Part shown: piece after piece, positions 45,086-54,158 of the stretch
How the letters are laid out: the number at the start of each line of letters is the position of its first letter
Position numbering within the stretch: the stretch's first letter is position 1
Source: Dehalococcoidia bacterium
GTDB taxonomy: Bacteria > Chloroflexota > Dehalococcoidia > SHYB01
Direction of reading: 5' to 3'
DNA length: 64,000 bases
NCBI GenBank assembly: GCA_965220155.1
Contig: OZ244810.1
Coordinates: forward strand, 3,553,302-3,617,301
Notes under the pieces: generated by a model
The model's input: only the letters and a program-made list of their open reading frames with translations
Database searches by the model: none
What the model was told of the DNA's origin: nothing
Made by a program: the position numbers and the translations under genes

Positions 45086-45538
45086 ATGAAGTGCCCGAGA
45101 GACGGCATTGACCTCGTCCCGGAGATGTACAAGGGAATCGAGATCGACCGATGCCCGCAAGATAGCGGCATGTGGCTCGACTACCCCGAGCTAGACCAAC
45201 TCGAGGACACCGTCTTGGACCAGGACCACCTCAAGGGGACCTTGATGTACAGCCCTCACCCGGCGGGCATCAACTGCCCGGAATGCGGGGAGGAGATGAC
45301 GGCGTTCTACTACCGCGCGAACAGTATGGTCCTGGACGTCTGCGGCAAGCACGGACATGGCTTCTGGCTCGACGGGGGTGAGGACAAGGAGCTGGTCGAT
45401 TTCATGAAACAGCGGATCAAGGACCTCAAGCGCTCTCAATCAGCCGAAGCCCAATGGAGCGCTTTCGTGGAGTCGGCCAAGCGAAGGGGCGGCGGGGGTT
45501 TCATGGGCAAGGTAAAGCGTTTCCTGGGAGGCCGGTAG
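45086..45538 (+). CDS. Tandem TFIIB-type zinc-ribbon domain protein
   Basis: Two modules of the type CPxC...CxxCxGxWLD: MKCPRDG...DRCPQDSGMWLDYPELDQL (two Cys replaced by Asp) and INCPECGEEM...DVCGKHGHGFWLDGGE. GGGGGA SD. The track ORF starts at 45044. Confidence 0.65.
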   Translation: MKCPRDGIDLVPEMYKGIEIDRCPQDSGMWLDYPELDQLEDTVLDQDHLKGTLMYSPHPAGINCPECGEEMTAFYYRANSMVLDVCGKHGHGFWLDGGEDKELVDFMKQRIKDLKRSQSAEAQWSAFVESAKRRGGGGFMGKVKRFLGGR

Positions 45539-45620
45539 GTCCCGGCCGCGCCATCGGCGACAACCCGGTAGTCCGATACCCGGTTTTCCCGACCACTCTT
45601 TGCGGCTATGATACGGGGCC

Positions 45621-46832
45621 ATGAATGAGGCCCTGTCCGGCGCAACCGTCCTGGAGCTGAGCACGGGCGTCGCCGGTCCGTTCTGCACCAAGATACTTGC
45701 CTGCCTCGGCGCTGAGGTCGTCAAGGTCGAGCCTCCGGGAGCCGGCGACCCATCGCGCCGGGTCGGACCGTTCCCCAACGATGAGCCTCACCCCGAGGCC
45801 AGCGCTCTATTCCTGCATCTGAATACCGGGAAAAAGAGTGTCACCCTGGACCTGGATAGCCCCAGCGGCGCCGCCCTCATCAGGAAGCTCGCTACGTCTG
45901 TCGACATTCTGGTCGAGAGCTTTTCATCCCGGGCCGCCGAACACGTGGGGCTCGTCTATCGCCGGTTGCGCGAGGCGAACCCCAAGCTGGTCCATGTGTC
46001 GGTAACAGACTTCGGGAACGATGGACCATACTCCGCTTACCGCGCAACCGACCTGGTCCTATACGCCATGGGCGGGGAGATGTACGGGACCGGGAAGCCA
46101 GAGCGTCCGCCCATTCGTCTGGCGGACTATGTCATGCAGTACCAGGCAGGGAACACCGCTGCGGCCGCGGCACTGATGACCTTCTATGGGGCCGCGGCGA
46201 CTGGGAACGGGCAGCATATCGACATTTCTACCTTCGAGACTGCAGTCAGCAGTGTCGACCGCCGTCTTCAGTACCTGATGGGTTACATCTACACAGGAGC
46301 GATAACCCGGCGCAAGGACAACGAATGGTCGATCTATCCCATCGGCGTCTACCCCTGCAAGGACGGGTTCTTCGATGTGCACGGAGGAGGACCAGTCAAC
46401 TTCCCTCGAGCCTGCGCGATGATCGGCATGCCTGAGCTGGTGAACGACCCCCGCTTCTCGACGCAGATGGACCTCATCGACCCAGAACGGAAGGACGAGT
46501 TCGACACGATCTTCCTCCCATGGCTGGTTGATCGGACGCGAGAGGAGTGCATGGAAGCTGCCCGGAAGGCCAAGCTGTATGCCGCCCCCATATACACTCC
46601 CGAAGACGTCATGAATGACCCTCACTTCGCTTTCCGGGAGTCGTTCACGAACGTACCCCATCCGGTGGCTGGGTCCATGCGCTACCCTGGACCACCGGCC
46701 AAGCTGACCGCAACCCCGTGGCGCACGGAGCGGGCCCCACTGCTGGGCGAGCACAACCTTGAGGTCCTGGTGGACCGCCTGGGGCTTTCGAGGACCGAAC
46801 TGGTACAGATGCGGCACGCGGGGACGATATGA
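45621..46832 (+). CDS. CaiB/BaiF family (class III) CoA-transferase
   Basis: 403 aa. LSGATVLELSTGVAGPFCTKILACLGAEVVKVEPP and the rest of the family III pattern. Confidence 0.9.
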   Translation: MNEALSGATVLELSTGVAGPFCTKILACLGAEVVKVEPPGAGDPSRRVGPFPNDEPHPEASALFLHLNTGKKSVTLDLDSPSGAALIRKLATSVDILVESFSSRAAEHVGLVYRRLREANPKLVHVSVTDFGNDGPYSAYRATDLVLYAMGGEMYGTGKPERPPIRLADYVMQYQAGNTAAAAALMTFYGAAATGNGQHIDISTFETAVSSVDRRLQYLMGYIYTGAITRRKDNEWSIYPIGVYPCKDGFFDVHGGGPVNFPRACAMIGMPELVNDPRFSTQMDLIDPERKDEFDTIFLPWLVDRTREECMEAARKAKLYAAPIYTPEDVMNDPHFAFRESFTNVPHPVAGSMRYPGPPAKLTATPWRTERAPLLGEHNLEVLVDRLGLSRTELVQMRHAGTI

Positions 46833-48139
46833 GCCCATCCCAGAAGCCGATGCCCCTCGACGGGGTGCGAATTATTGACATAACCGCAGTAATCGGAGCG
46901 CCCATTGGGACCGGCCTTCTTGCCCAGATGGGCGCCGAGGTCATCCGAGTCGAATCGACGAGGATTTTCCCAGCCACCACCCGTGGCAGCCTTGCCCATC
47001 CACCGAAAGAGATCGTCCCCTCCATGGGGCCCGTCGGTCGGGGCTACCCGGACTTCGAGCCGGGCGAACGGCCGTGGAACCGCTTCGCGTTGTTCAACTG
47101 CCACGGGCACAACAAGCTGAGCATGACGGTTGATCTGCTCCTGCCGGATGGAGTCGAGATATTTCACCGCCTGCTGCGGCTCACGGATGTGGTCATCGAG
47201 AATGTGCCCGGCGTGATGGACAAACTGGGCCTCGGATATGAGGCGCTTCGCAGGGTGCAGCCCGATATCATCATGCTCTCGGTGTCCGGGATGGGGTCCA
47301 CGGGCCCTTACAAGGACAATCGCGGGTTTGGGGGCCACTTCGAAGATGTGATGGGGCATGCGTGGCTCCGAGGCTACCCCGATGACCACCCCGGCTCCAA
47401 TACGAGCGTTGTGGCATCCGATCCCGCCGTGGGAGCCGGGCTTGCCTGGGCCGTTGCCGCAGCCCTGCACTCTCGGCGCTCGACCGGCAAGGGTCAGCAC
47501 ATCGATATGTCCATGGCCGAGGTCTACCTCCACCACCTGGGCACCGCGTTCCTGGACTACGAGATGAACCACCGGGCGGAGCGGACATTGGGCAACCGGC
47601 ATCCTTTCCTAGCGCCCCATGGCTGCTATCCATGCAAGGGTGAAGACAAGTGGGTCACCATCGCGGTCCGAGACGACCGGGAATGGGAGTCGCTTTGCCT
47701 TGCCATGGGCGACCCGGACTGGGCCAGCGACCCGAAATTAGCAGACGGCTACGGGCGGTCCCGCCGGCAGGACCTGATCGATGGCCAAATCGAGGAATGG
47801 ACCCGGAAGCATGGCCACGTGGAACTCCAGAAGCTGCTCCAGGAGGCAGGCGTCCCGGCCGGAGCAGTGCTGGACGACTCCGAGATATTCCAGGACCCCC
47901 ACCTGCGAGAAAGAGGCTTCTACAAGCGCGTATCGCATCCAGAGGCCGGGTCGCATGATTACCCTTACACCTTCTGGCACATGTCCGAGAGTCCCTGGGA
48001 ATCCCGCAGGCCTCCGCCCACGCTGGGTGAGCACAATGAAGGTCTCTACCAGGGGCTGCTGGGTCTATCGCAAGGGGACTACCGCCGGTTAGAGGCCCAA
48101 GGCCATATCGGGACGGCGTACGAGCCTCACATCAAGTAG
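46829..48139 (+). CDS. CaiB/BaiF family (class III) CoA-transferase, second paralogue
   Basis: 436 aa. LDGVRIIDITAVIGAPIGTGLLAQMGAEVIRVES. ATGA overlap with the upstream paralogue. Confidence 0.9.
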   Translation: MSPSQKPMPLDGVRIIDITAVIGAPIGTGLLAQMGAEVIRVESTRIFPATTRGSLAHPPKEIVPSMGPVGRGYPDFEPGERPWNRFALFNCHGHNKLSMTVDLLLPDGVEIFHRLLRLTDVVIENVPGVMDKLGLGYEALRRVQPDIIMLSVSGMGSTGPYKDNRGFGGHFEDVMGHAWLRGYPDDHPGSNTSVVASDPAVGAGLAWAVAAALHSRRSTGKGQHIDMSMAEVYLHHLGTAFLDYEMNHRAERTLGNRHPFLAPHGCYPCKGEDKWVTIAVRDDREWESLCLAMGDPDWASDPKLADGYGRSRRQDLIDGQIEEWTRKHGHVELQKLLQEAGVPAGAVLDDSEIFQDPHLRERGFYKRVSHPEAGSHDYPYTFWHMSESPWESRRPPPTLGEHNEGLYQGLLGLSQGDYRRLEAQGHIGTAYEPHIK

Positions 48140-48151
48140 GCCGCGCCCTGG

Positions 48152-49456
48152 TCACTGGGCCACGGTCCCGCGCAGCCGCTTCGGCACTGGGCGCCGGGCC
48201 AGGAGCATACACAGCATGCCGGTCAGAGCGAAGCCAATGTACGACCAGTGGGCCACGGTGTAGGTCCCGGTGATATCGAAGGTGTACCCGGCGAAGATCG
48301 GTCCCGAGAACACACCGACGGTCTGGATGACATTGCCGAACCCCGCAATGGTAGCGAAATTCTTTCTTCCGAAGAACTCGCCCCGGATCGCGAGCATCAT
48401 CGCACCGCCGCCGCCGCCCCATGCAGTCGCGTACATGAGGATGGCGAAGACTGTCATACCCAGGCCATCGGAAACGGCCAAGACCAGCATGGCGACAGCC
48501 ATCAGGCCGCCCATTGCGCCGACAATCCCGACCTTCGAGATCCGGTCACCGAGATACCCGAAGAGGACCCGCGATGGAATCGTTGCGATTCCATACATCG
48601 CCAGAAGACTGGCGCCGGCCTCGGCCGAAAAGCCCTTCGCCTGCATCATCGGAATGAAGTGAGAGCTCACCCCGGCTACAGCGAACATCCTGGCGGCGAA
48701 GGATAACCCGATCAGCCAGAAAGCGGCACTGGACAGGGCTTCCTTGACGGTGAAATCGATCTCCGTGGCAGTGCCTGGTCTCGCCGCGGCCGTCGGCTGC
48801 TCGGGCGGAACTCTGGCGCCATCGGGGTAATACCCGTACTGCTCCGGTCGATGGCGAACGAAGCCCGCCATCGGGTAGGCGACGGCCATTACGGTCAGCC
48901 CCAAGATCAGCATCGCCTCGCGCCATCCCAGGGTCTGCACCAAGAAGTTGGTGAGGATGACCATGACGCCGCCCACGCCCCAACCGGACATGCTGATGGA
49001 AAAGGCCAGGGCCCGCTTGCGAACGAACCAGTTGCCGATGGCGGCTGCGGGAGGCGAGAAGAGGCCGGCCCCCGACCCGATGGCCACGAGCGGGACGAAG
49101 AAGATAAAAAACCAGGTGATCGAGGGCGCCCAACTCGAGAGGATATACCCGATGCCCATCATGGTGATGCCGAAGTACATCACCTTTCTGGGCCCGAACC
49201 GGTCAACCATGAACCCCAGCACCGGGCCGAGCACCGCTCCTTCGAGGCTGGCCAGGGCAACCGCCCAAGAAACGGTGCCGCGGCCGACATCGAACTCCTC
49301 GCTCAGGGGGACGATGAAGGCGCTGACCCCGAAGGTGTAAACGCCACCCCCCAGGGCACCGAGAACGCAGTTGATGGCGACGAGCCACCAGCCGTAGAAG
49401 ATGGGCTTGCCGAACACCCTGGGGTCCGGCTTAGCCTGGGGAGGACTGCCTACCAT
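48152..49456 (-). CDS. MFS transporter (oxalate/formate antiporter-like)
   Basis: 434 aa, 12 predicted TM helices. N-terminus KPIFYGWWLVAINCVLGALGGGVYTFGVSAFIVPL is typical of the OFA-type MFS. Confidence 0.8.
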   Translation of the reverse strand: MVGSPPQAKPDPRVFGKPIFYGWWLVAINCVLGALGGGVYTFGVSAFIVPLSEEFDVGRGTVSWAVALASLEGAVLGPVLGFMVDRFGPRKVMYFGITMMGIGYILSSWAPSITWFFIFFVPLVAIGSGAGLFSPPAAAIGNWFVRKRALAFSISMSGWGVGGVMVILTNFLVQTLGWREAMLILGLTVMAVAYPMAGFVRHRPEQYGYYPDGARVPPEQPTAAARPGTATEIDFTVKEALSSAAFWLIGLSFAARMFAVAGVSSHFIPMMQAKGFSAEAGASLLAMYGIATIPSRVLFGYLGDRISKVGIVGAMGGLMAVAMLVLAVSDGLGMTVFAILMYATAWGGGGGAMMLAIRGEFFGRKNFATIAGFGNVIQTVGVFSGPIFAGYTFDITGTYTVAHWSYIGFALTGMLCMLLARRPVPKRLRGTVAQ

Positions 49457-49646
49457 AGGCCCATGATGGGGCGGCTGAAGCTCCTGGAGAAGGGGACTGG
49501 GGTCCCGCGGGGCGACCGGAGCATAGCATCGGCCTTACTGGGGGTCAACGGAGACAGAGGCGTGACCCAGGGGTGCCGCTAGCGCAAGGCCTCAGTGTAA
49601 GATATGGCCTGCACGTTACTTCTCGACAGGACCAAGGAGGCGGTCT

Positions 49647-50309
49647 TTGACCCAGGACAAGCAGGCCATTGCATTCATTGGGGGCACGGGACCCGAAGGG
49701 CTCGGCTTGGCGATGCGGTTCGCCCAAGCAGGCCGAGAAGTGATCATCGGGTCCCGGCGGCAGGACCGGGCCGATGAAGCGGCCCAGAAGATCCGCGACG
49801 CTGTCCCCAACGCCAATGCGAGCGGACTCGAAAACAAGGCCGCCGTAGCCCAAGGCGAGGTTGTCTTCATCACCGTTCCTTTCGACGGGCAGGAGCCGAC
49901 CCTCCAGGACCTCAGGGCGGAGCTCGCGGGAAAGATCGTCGTGGACACTGTGGTTCCGCTCCAGTTCGAGAAGGGGAAGATCCGGGCGCTGATCCTCGAC
50001 GACGGCTCCGCGGCTGAGCAGGCCAACAGGATTCTTCCCGATTCGATCGTGGTGGGAGCCTTCCAGAACCTGAGCGCCCACGAGCTCATGGACCTCGAGC
50101 ACGATGTTCCAGCGGACGTGGTGGTCTGCGGGGACGACGGCGACTCGAAGCAGCTTGTCATCGCCATGGCGGCCGAGATCAAAGGGTGCCGGGGCATCGA
50201 CGGCGGCGGCCTGGCGAACTCGCGCTACGTCGAGGACATCACGGCCCTCCTCCTCAATATCAACAAGGTCCACAAGGCCCAGTCGATGATCAAGATCGTC
50301 GGGGTGTAG
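49647..50309 (+). CDS. npdG: NADPH-dependent F420 reductase
   Basis: 220 aa. AAGGAGG SD 7 nt before TTG 49647. IAFIGGTGPEGLGLAMRFAQAGREVIIGSR Rossmann motif, typical of NpdG/Fno. Confidence 0.8.
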   Translation: MTQDKQAIAFIGGTGPEGLGLAMRFAQAGREVIIGSRRQDRADEAAQKIRDAVPNANASGLENKAAVAQGEVVFITVPFDGQEPTLQDLRAELAGKIVVDTVVPLQFEKGKIRALILDDGSAAEQANRILPDSIVVGAFQNLSAHELMDLEHDVPADVVVCGDDGDSKQLVIAMAAEIKGCRGIDGGGLANSRYVEDITALLLNINKVHKAQSMIKIVGV

Positions 50310-51067
50310 TGGCTCCTCCCGAGGTCCGGCTCATAGGAATCACCGGCCTCCCCGAGGTCCACTCCGGGGACGATCTGCCGGCCATGCTCATCGAGGCAGC
50401 CGCCAGGCAGGGGACACCCCTCGAGGATGGCGACGTTCTCGTGGTGACTCAAAAGGTAGTCTCCAAGGCCGAAGGCCGCGTGCTCAAGCTCGCGGAGATC
50501 GACGCATCGCCCTTCGCCCAATCCTTCGCCGCCAAGTGGGACAAAGAGCCGGGGCTGGTCGAAGCGGTCCTTCGGCAAAGCCGGCGTATCGTCAAGATGG
50601 ACCAAGGAGTCCTGATCACCGAGAACCTGCTGGGGCATATCTGCGCCAACGGGGGGGTCGACGCCTCCAACCTCGAGACACAGGGGACGGTAGCCCTGCT
50701 CCCGGAGGACCCCGACCGATGGTGCTCTCAGGCCAGGGCAGAGGCCCGGAAGAGGCTCGGCGTCGAGATCGCGGTCATCATGTCGGACACCTTTGGCCGA
50801 CCGTGGCGAGACGGCTGCACCAACGTTGCCATTGGGGTCTCGGGCATGGACCCTATGATCGACTACCGAGGGCAGATCGACCCCGCGGGCATGGTCCTGA
50901 AGGTCACGGTTATCGCCATTGCCGATGGGCTGGCCGCGGCCACCGAGCCGATCATGGGAAAGTTCAATCGCGTTCCGGCAACGATTGTGAGGGGCTACGA
51001 CTATCCGAAGGGGGAAGGTGGTGCGGCGGCCCTCTTGCGCGATCCCAGCAAGGACCTCTTCCGCTGA
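50309..51067 (+). CDS. cofE: Coenzyme F420-0:L-glutamate ligase
   Basis: GTG 50309 overlaps the npdG TAG by 1 nt. GDVLVVTQKVVSKAEGR, ANGGVDASN, SDTFGRPWRDGCTNVAIG. The upstream part of track ORF 50186..51067 is an out-of-frame overlap. Confidence 0.85.
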   Translation: MAPPEVRLIGITGLPEVHSGDDLPAMLIEAAARQGTPLEDGDVLVVTQKVVSKAEGRVLKLAEIDASPFAQSFAAKWDKEPGLVEAVLRQSRRIVKMDQGVLITENLLGHICANGGVDASNLETQGTVALLPEDPDRWCSQARAEARKRLGVEIAVIMSDTFGRPWRDGCTNVAIGVSGMDPMIDYRGQIDPAGMVLKVTVIAIADGLAAATEPIMGKFNRVPATIVRGYDYPKGEGGAAALLRDPSKDLFR

Positions 51068-51166
51068 CCCAAAGGCACAGCAGTGTTCAGCACCTCATCA
51101 ATCGCGATGGGAGTTGACGTAATGCCAGCCTGCTTCACATAACCGCGTGACATAAACCGTGCCCGA

Positions 51167-51494
51167 CTAGGGATTGTTCACACTAGCTGTGAGGCAAAGG
51201 CTTGCCAAAGGCGTGGCGGGGCTAAGGTGCCTGGCGGGCAGCGTCTTAGACCCCTCGCCGTTCGCTCGGGGTGACAATCAAAAGGCCTCGGAATCACTAT
51301 GGCCTTGTGAAGGCCACGGAAGGGGATGAAAACAGGGCGGCGTCCCAGGAACGGGCCGGAGGCGGGTTTCAAACCCGCCTCTACGAAACAACGGTGCGGC
51401 GGTGCCCATTTTCATAGCAATGACACGGGGGAGCGCTTTATGACACGGAGGAGCGCTTTTCGTGTAGCGCGAGCATAGTGTAAACAGGCCCTAC
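51167..51494. mobile_element. MITE-like non-autonomous element, copy A (~328 bp, imperfect TIRs, CTAG/CTAC flanks)
   Basis: Left end CTAG|GGATTGTTCACACTAGC. Right end (reverse complement) GGCCTGTTTACACTATGC|. The terminal ~80 bp and ~150 bp blocks are near-identical to copy B, with a variable middle. Internal perfect palindrome GAGGCGGGTTTCAAACCCGCCTC. No plausible ORF. Confidence 0.7.
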
Positions 51495-51536
51495 TCAAAT
51501 CGGTTGGGCAACCGCGCTCGCCCACCCCGGGGGCAC

Positions 51537-51896
51537 ATGGCGTTCTTGAAGATCGAAGTTGAGGACAACGGCAACTCCTACGCCGTCCCGATGCGGCTTT
51601 TTTCGACCCTTGGGGACACGAGCGCCGTGAGGCGGCTGAAGATGGATACTGCCAGGGGCACCGGGCAGCCTCATCTGGTGACAGGTTGGAGCAGCGAAGA
51701 TGACGGCGCCCCTGTGCCCGCTTACTGGGTTGCCGTCGAGGACTCTGGGGCGGGAATCTCATATCTCGTGTACGGCGGCGACTGGGGCCTGAGGTTCAAG
51801 CCACAGCACTCGGACCGAGAATGGGCCCTCGACGAGGCGGAGCAGTTCGGGGAACCCTACTTGCTGCTGGGGGACCCGTCGGACATCCTCGAATAG
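51537..51896 (+). CDS. Hypothetical protein (119 aa), inside the MITE-bracketed module
   Basis: MAFLKIEVEDNGNSYAVPMRLFSTLGDTSAVRRLKMD...EWALDEAEQFGEPYLLLGDPSDILE. Acidic, protein-like composition. GGGGG SD 4 nt upstream. No family recognised. Confidence 0.5.
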   Translation: MAFLKIEVEDNGNSYAVPMRLFSTLGDTSAVRRLKMDTARGTGQPHLVTGWSSEDDGAPVPAYWVAVEDSGAGISYLVYGGDWGLRFKPQHSDREWALDEAEQFGEPYLLLGDPSDILE

Positions 51897-51948
51897 AGCG
51901 GCCCGCGGCAGTGGCCCGCGGCGGCTCCAACACTCTCAAGCCACCCCC

Positions 51949-52010
51949 CCTAATTATTATGTCAACCAGTATGCCGTCTCCTGTGTCGTATCGACATAAC
52001 ATATATTAGG
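51949..52010. repeat. AT-rich imperfect inverted repeat in the leader of the efflux-pump gene
   Basis: CCTAATTATTATGTC (51949..51963) ... 29 nt ... GACATAACATATATTAGG (51993..52010). The outer CCTAAT/ATTAGG and inner TATGTC/GACATA arms pair. It is the most AT-rich patch seen in the window. Confidence 0.6.
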
Positions 52011-52236
52011 CGAACCAACCAACACCCCAAATGGAGCCCCCTTAGGGAGCCTTTATGACAACTTGTCACCCCGGTAATGTCGATCGAACGGGAGCCTGGG
52101 AAGGTTATCGGCAAGGCCCGGGATCTTCGCCGCAAGACCATTCGGCTTTGCAGCACGTGATACAGTTGCGCCACCGTACGCCTCGTACGGTCACCGACAC
52201 CGCCTAGCCCCGACACCGTCTAGCGAGGGTAATCCG

Positions 52237-53760
52237 CTGAGACAGGCTATCCATCAGAGCGCGTCCTACAAGTGGTGGGTCTATGCGGCGGTGGCGGTGG
52301 GGACGTTCTTCACGGTGGTGGACCACGGCAGCGTCAACGTGGCCCTGCCAAGGATTGAATCCCACTTCGACACGGACCTGCCCACCGTCCAGTGGGTCGT
52401 CGTGGGCTACGCCCTCGCCATCAGCGTGCTCCTCTTGCCGATGGGCCGCATGGGCGACGTCCTCAACCGTAAGAGCGTCTACCTCACGGGACTCGCACTG
52501 TTCGCCCTCGGGGCCGGGCTGGCGGGGACCTCCCAGAACGTGCCCATGCTCATCGCATTCAAGGTCTTGCAAGGGGCCGGGTCGGCCATGGTCCAGGGGA
52601 ATGGAATGGCCACCATCCTGTCCGTTTTCCCACCCAGCGAGCGGGGCAAGGCCCTGGGGCTGAACATGAGTGTCGTGGGCAGCGGCATCATCGTCGGGTC
52701 GGCGGTAGGAGGGCTGCTCGTAAGCGCTCTTGGATGGCGCTCGGTCTTCTTCGTGGCCTCCGGGGCGGGGCTAGTGGCCCTCGCCGCCTCGGCGCTCGTT
52801 CTGGACCGCCAGCGGCTCGCCCCGCAGCAGGACCAGGGACAGCGTGTCAAGTACGATTGGCTCGGCGCCGCCTTCTCCGGGGGAGCACTGCTCCTCTTCC
52901 TCGTATCCATGACCAACGGTCACAGCAGCGGATGGGGCTCCCCGCCGATCGCTCTCGGGTTGCTGGGGGCCGCCGCTCTGCTCGGAGCGTTCGTCTGGTG
53001 GGAGCTGCGTCACCCTGCACCGATGCTGGACCTGCGGTTGTTCAAGCACAAACTGCTGGCCCTTGGCGTCGCTACGGGGTGGATCTCGTTCATGGGGAAC
53101 ACATCGGTCATTTTCATGATGTCCTTCTACCTTCAGAAGGTCCTGGGGTACAGTCCCCGGGAGGCCGGACTCATCATCATACCCGGGGCCTTTGCGATGA
53201 TCGTCATCGGCCCGCTGGCCGGCCGCCTGTCCGACCGCTATGGGTGGCTGAAGTTCAACGTCGCCGGCCTGGCGATCTCGGCCACCGGCCTCTTCGTACT
53301 GTCCACCAGCCTTACCACCGACTCCAGGCTGGCATTCATCATCCCCATCTTGATCATCAACAGCTCTGGTATCGGTCTGTTCAGCTCCCCCAACAACAAC
53401 TCGATCCTCAGCGCCGTCGAGCGGTCTCGATACGGCGTCGTGACGGCCCTGACCCAGCTTGTCAGAAATTCCGCCCAGGTCACCAGCATCGCGGTGATGA
53501 CGACGCTCGTGGTGGCGACCATGGCGTCCAGGGGCTTCGAGCCCAGCCTGACGGCCGTAACGGAACCCGGTGGGGCGGCCGGGGTGACCGAGGCCTTCGT
53601 TGCCGGGTTCAAGAGAGGCTGCCTGGTACTGGGGAGCCTGCTCGTCCTCGGCATCGTCCTGTCCATCATCAAAGGCGATAAGCCGAAAGGGCCGCCCATG
53701 GAGGCCGGAGAGCCGGTCCCAGCGCGGCGACGGGAGCAGGCGGTGGGGGCTGGGGACTAG
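52237..53760 (+). CDS. DHA2 (EmrB/QacA-type, 14-TM) MFS drug-efflux transporter
   Basis: ...SYKWWVYAAVAVGTFFTVVDHGSVNVALPRI..., MGRMGDVLNRK, LQGAGSAMV. The track start GTG 52291 would cut TM1, so I propose CTG 52237 (GAGGG SD 7 nt upstream). The stop TAG lies in the CTAG flank of MITE copy B. Confidence 0.85.
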   Translation: MRQAIHQSASYKWWVYAAVAVGTFFTVVDHGSVNVALPRIESHFDTDLPTVQWVVVGYALAISVLLLPMGRMGDVLNRKSVYLTGLALFALGAGLAGTSQNVPMLIAFKVLQGAGSAMVQGNGMATILSVFPPSERGKALGLNMSVVGSGIIVGSAVGGLLVSALGWRSVFFVASGAGLVALAASALVLDRQRLAPQQDQGQRVKYDWLGAAFSGGALLLFLVSMTNGHSSGWGSPPIALGLLGAAALLGAFVWWELRHPAPMLDLRLFKHKLLALGVATGWISFMGNTSVIFMMSFYLQKVLGYSPREAGLIIIPGAFAMIVIGPLAGRLSDRYGWLKFNVAGLAISATGLFVLSTSLTTDSRLAFIIPILIINSSGIGLFSSPNNNSILSAVERSRYGVVTALTQLVRNSAQVTSIAVMTTLVVATMASRGFEPSLTAVTEPGGAAGVTEAFVAGFKRGCLVLGSLLVLGIVLSIIKGDKPKGPPMEAGEPVPARRREQAVGAGD

Positions 53761-54088
53761 GGCCTGTTCACGCTAGCTGTGAGGCAAAGGCTTGCCAAAG
53801 GCGTGGCGGGGCTAAGGTGCCTGGAGGGCAGCGTCTTAGATTCCTCGGCTGCGCCTCGGAATGACATGGGGCTGCGCCTCGGAATCACTATGGCCTTGTG
53901 AAGGCCACGTAAGGGGTGAAAACAGGGCGGCGTCCCAGGACAGGGCCGGAGGCGGGTTTGAAACCCGCCTCTACGAAACAACGGTGCGGCGGTGCCCATT
54001 TTCATAGCAATGACATGGGGCTGCGCCTCAGAATGGCACGGGGGAGCGCTTTTCGTGTAGCGCGAGCATAGTGTAAACAGGCCCCTAG
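53757..54088. mobile_element. MITE-like non-autonomous element, copy B (~332 bp including CTAG at both ends)
   Basis: CTAG|GGCCTGTTCACGCTAGC ... GCATAGTGTAAACAGGCCC|CTAG. Same orientation as copy A. Contains GAGGCGGGTTTGAAACCCGCCTC and three copies of a GCTGCGCCTC(G/A)GAAT short motif. Confidence 0.7.
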
Positions 54089-54158
54089 GCCGAGGCTGGC
54101 TGAGCCTCCAGCGCGTAAAGGCCTAGGCTTCGAGCCCAGGCCTTCCTGGACCTCAAGT

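Noticed and set aside
46059-47602. Two long minus-strand ORFs (46059..46838 and 46682..47602)
   Set aside because: They are antisense to the two CaiB/BaiF CoA-transferase genes, which have clear family N-termini on the + strand.
51178-51372. Short minus-strand ORFs inside the MITE-like copies (51178..51372 and 53757..54005)
   Set aside because: They are translations of the repeat palindromes. The two copies are not conserved as reading frames across the variable middle, and neither has an SD.
52734-53681. 315-aa + strand ORF inside the DHA2 pump gene
   Set aside because: It is an alternative frame of the same strand. It is Arg/Gly/Pro-rich, whereas the annotated frame gives 14 hydrophobic helices and DHA2 motifs.
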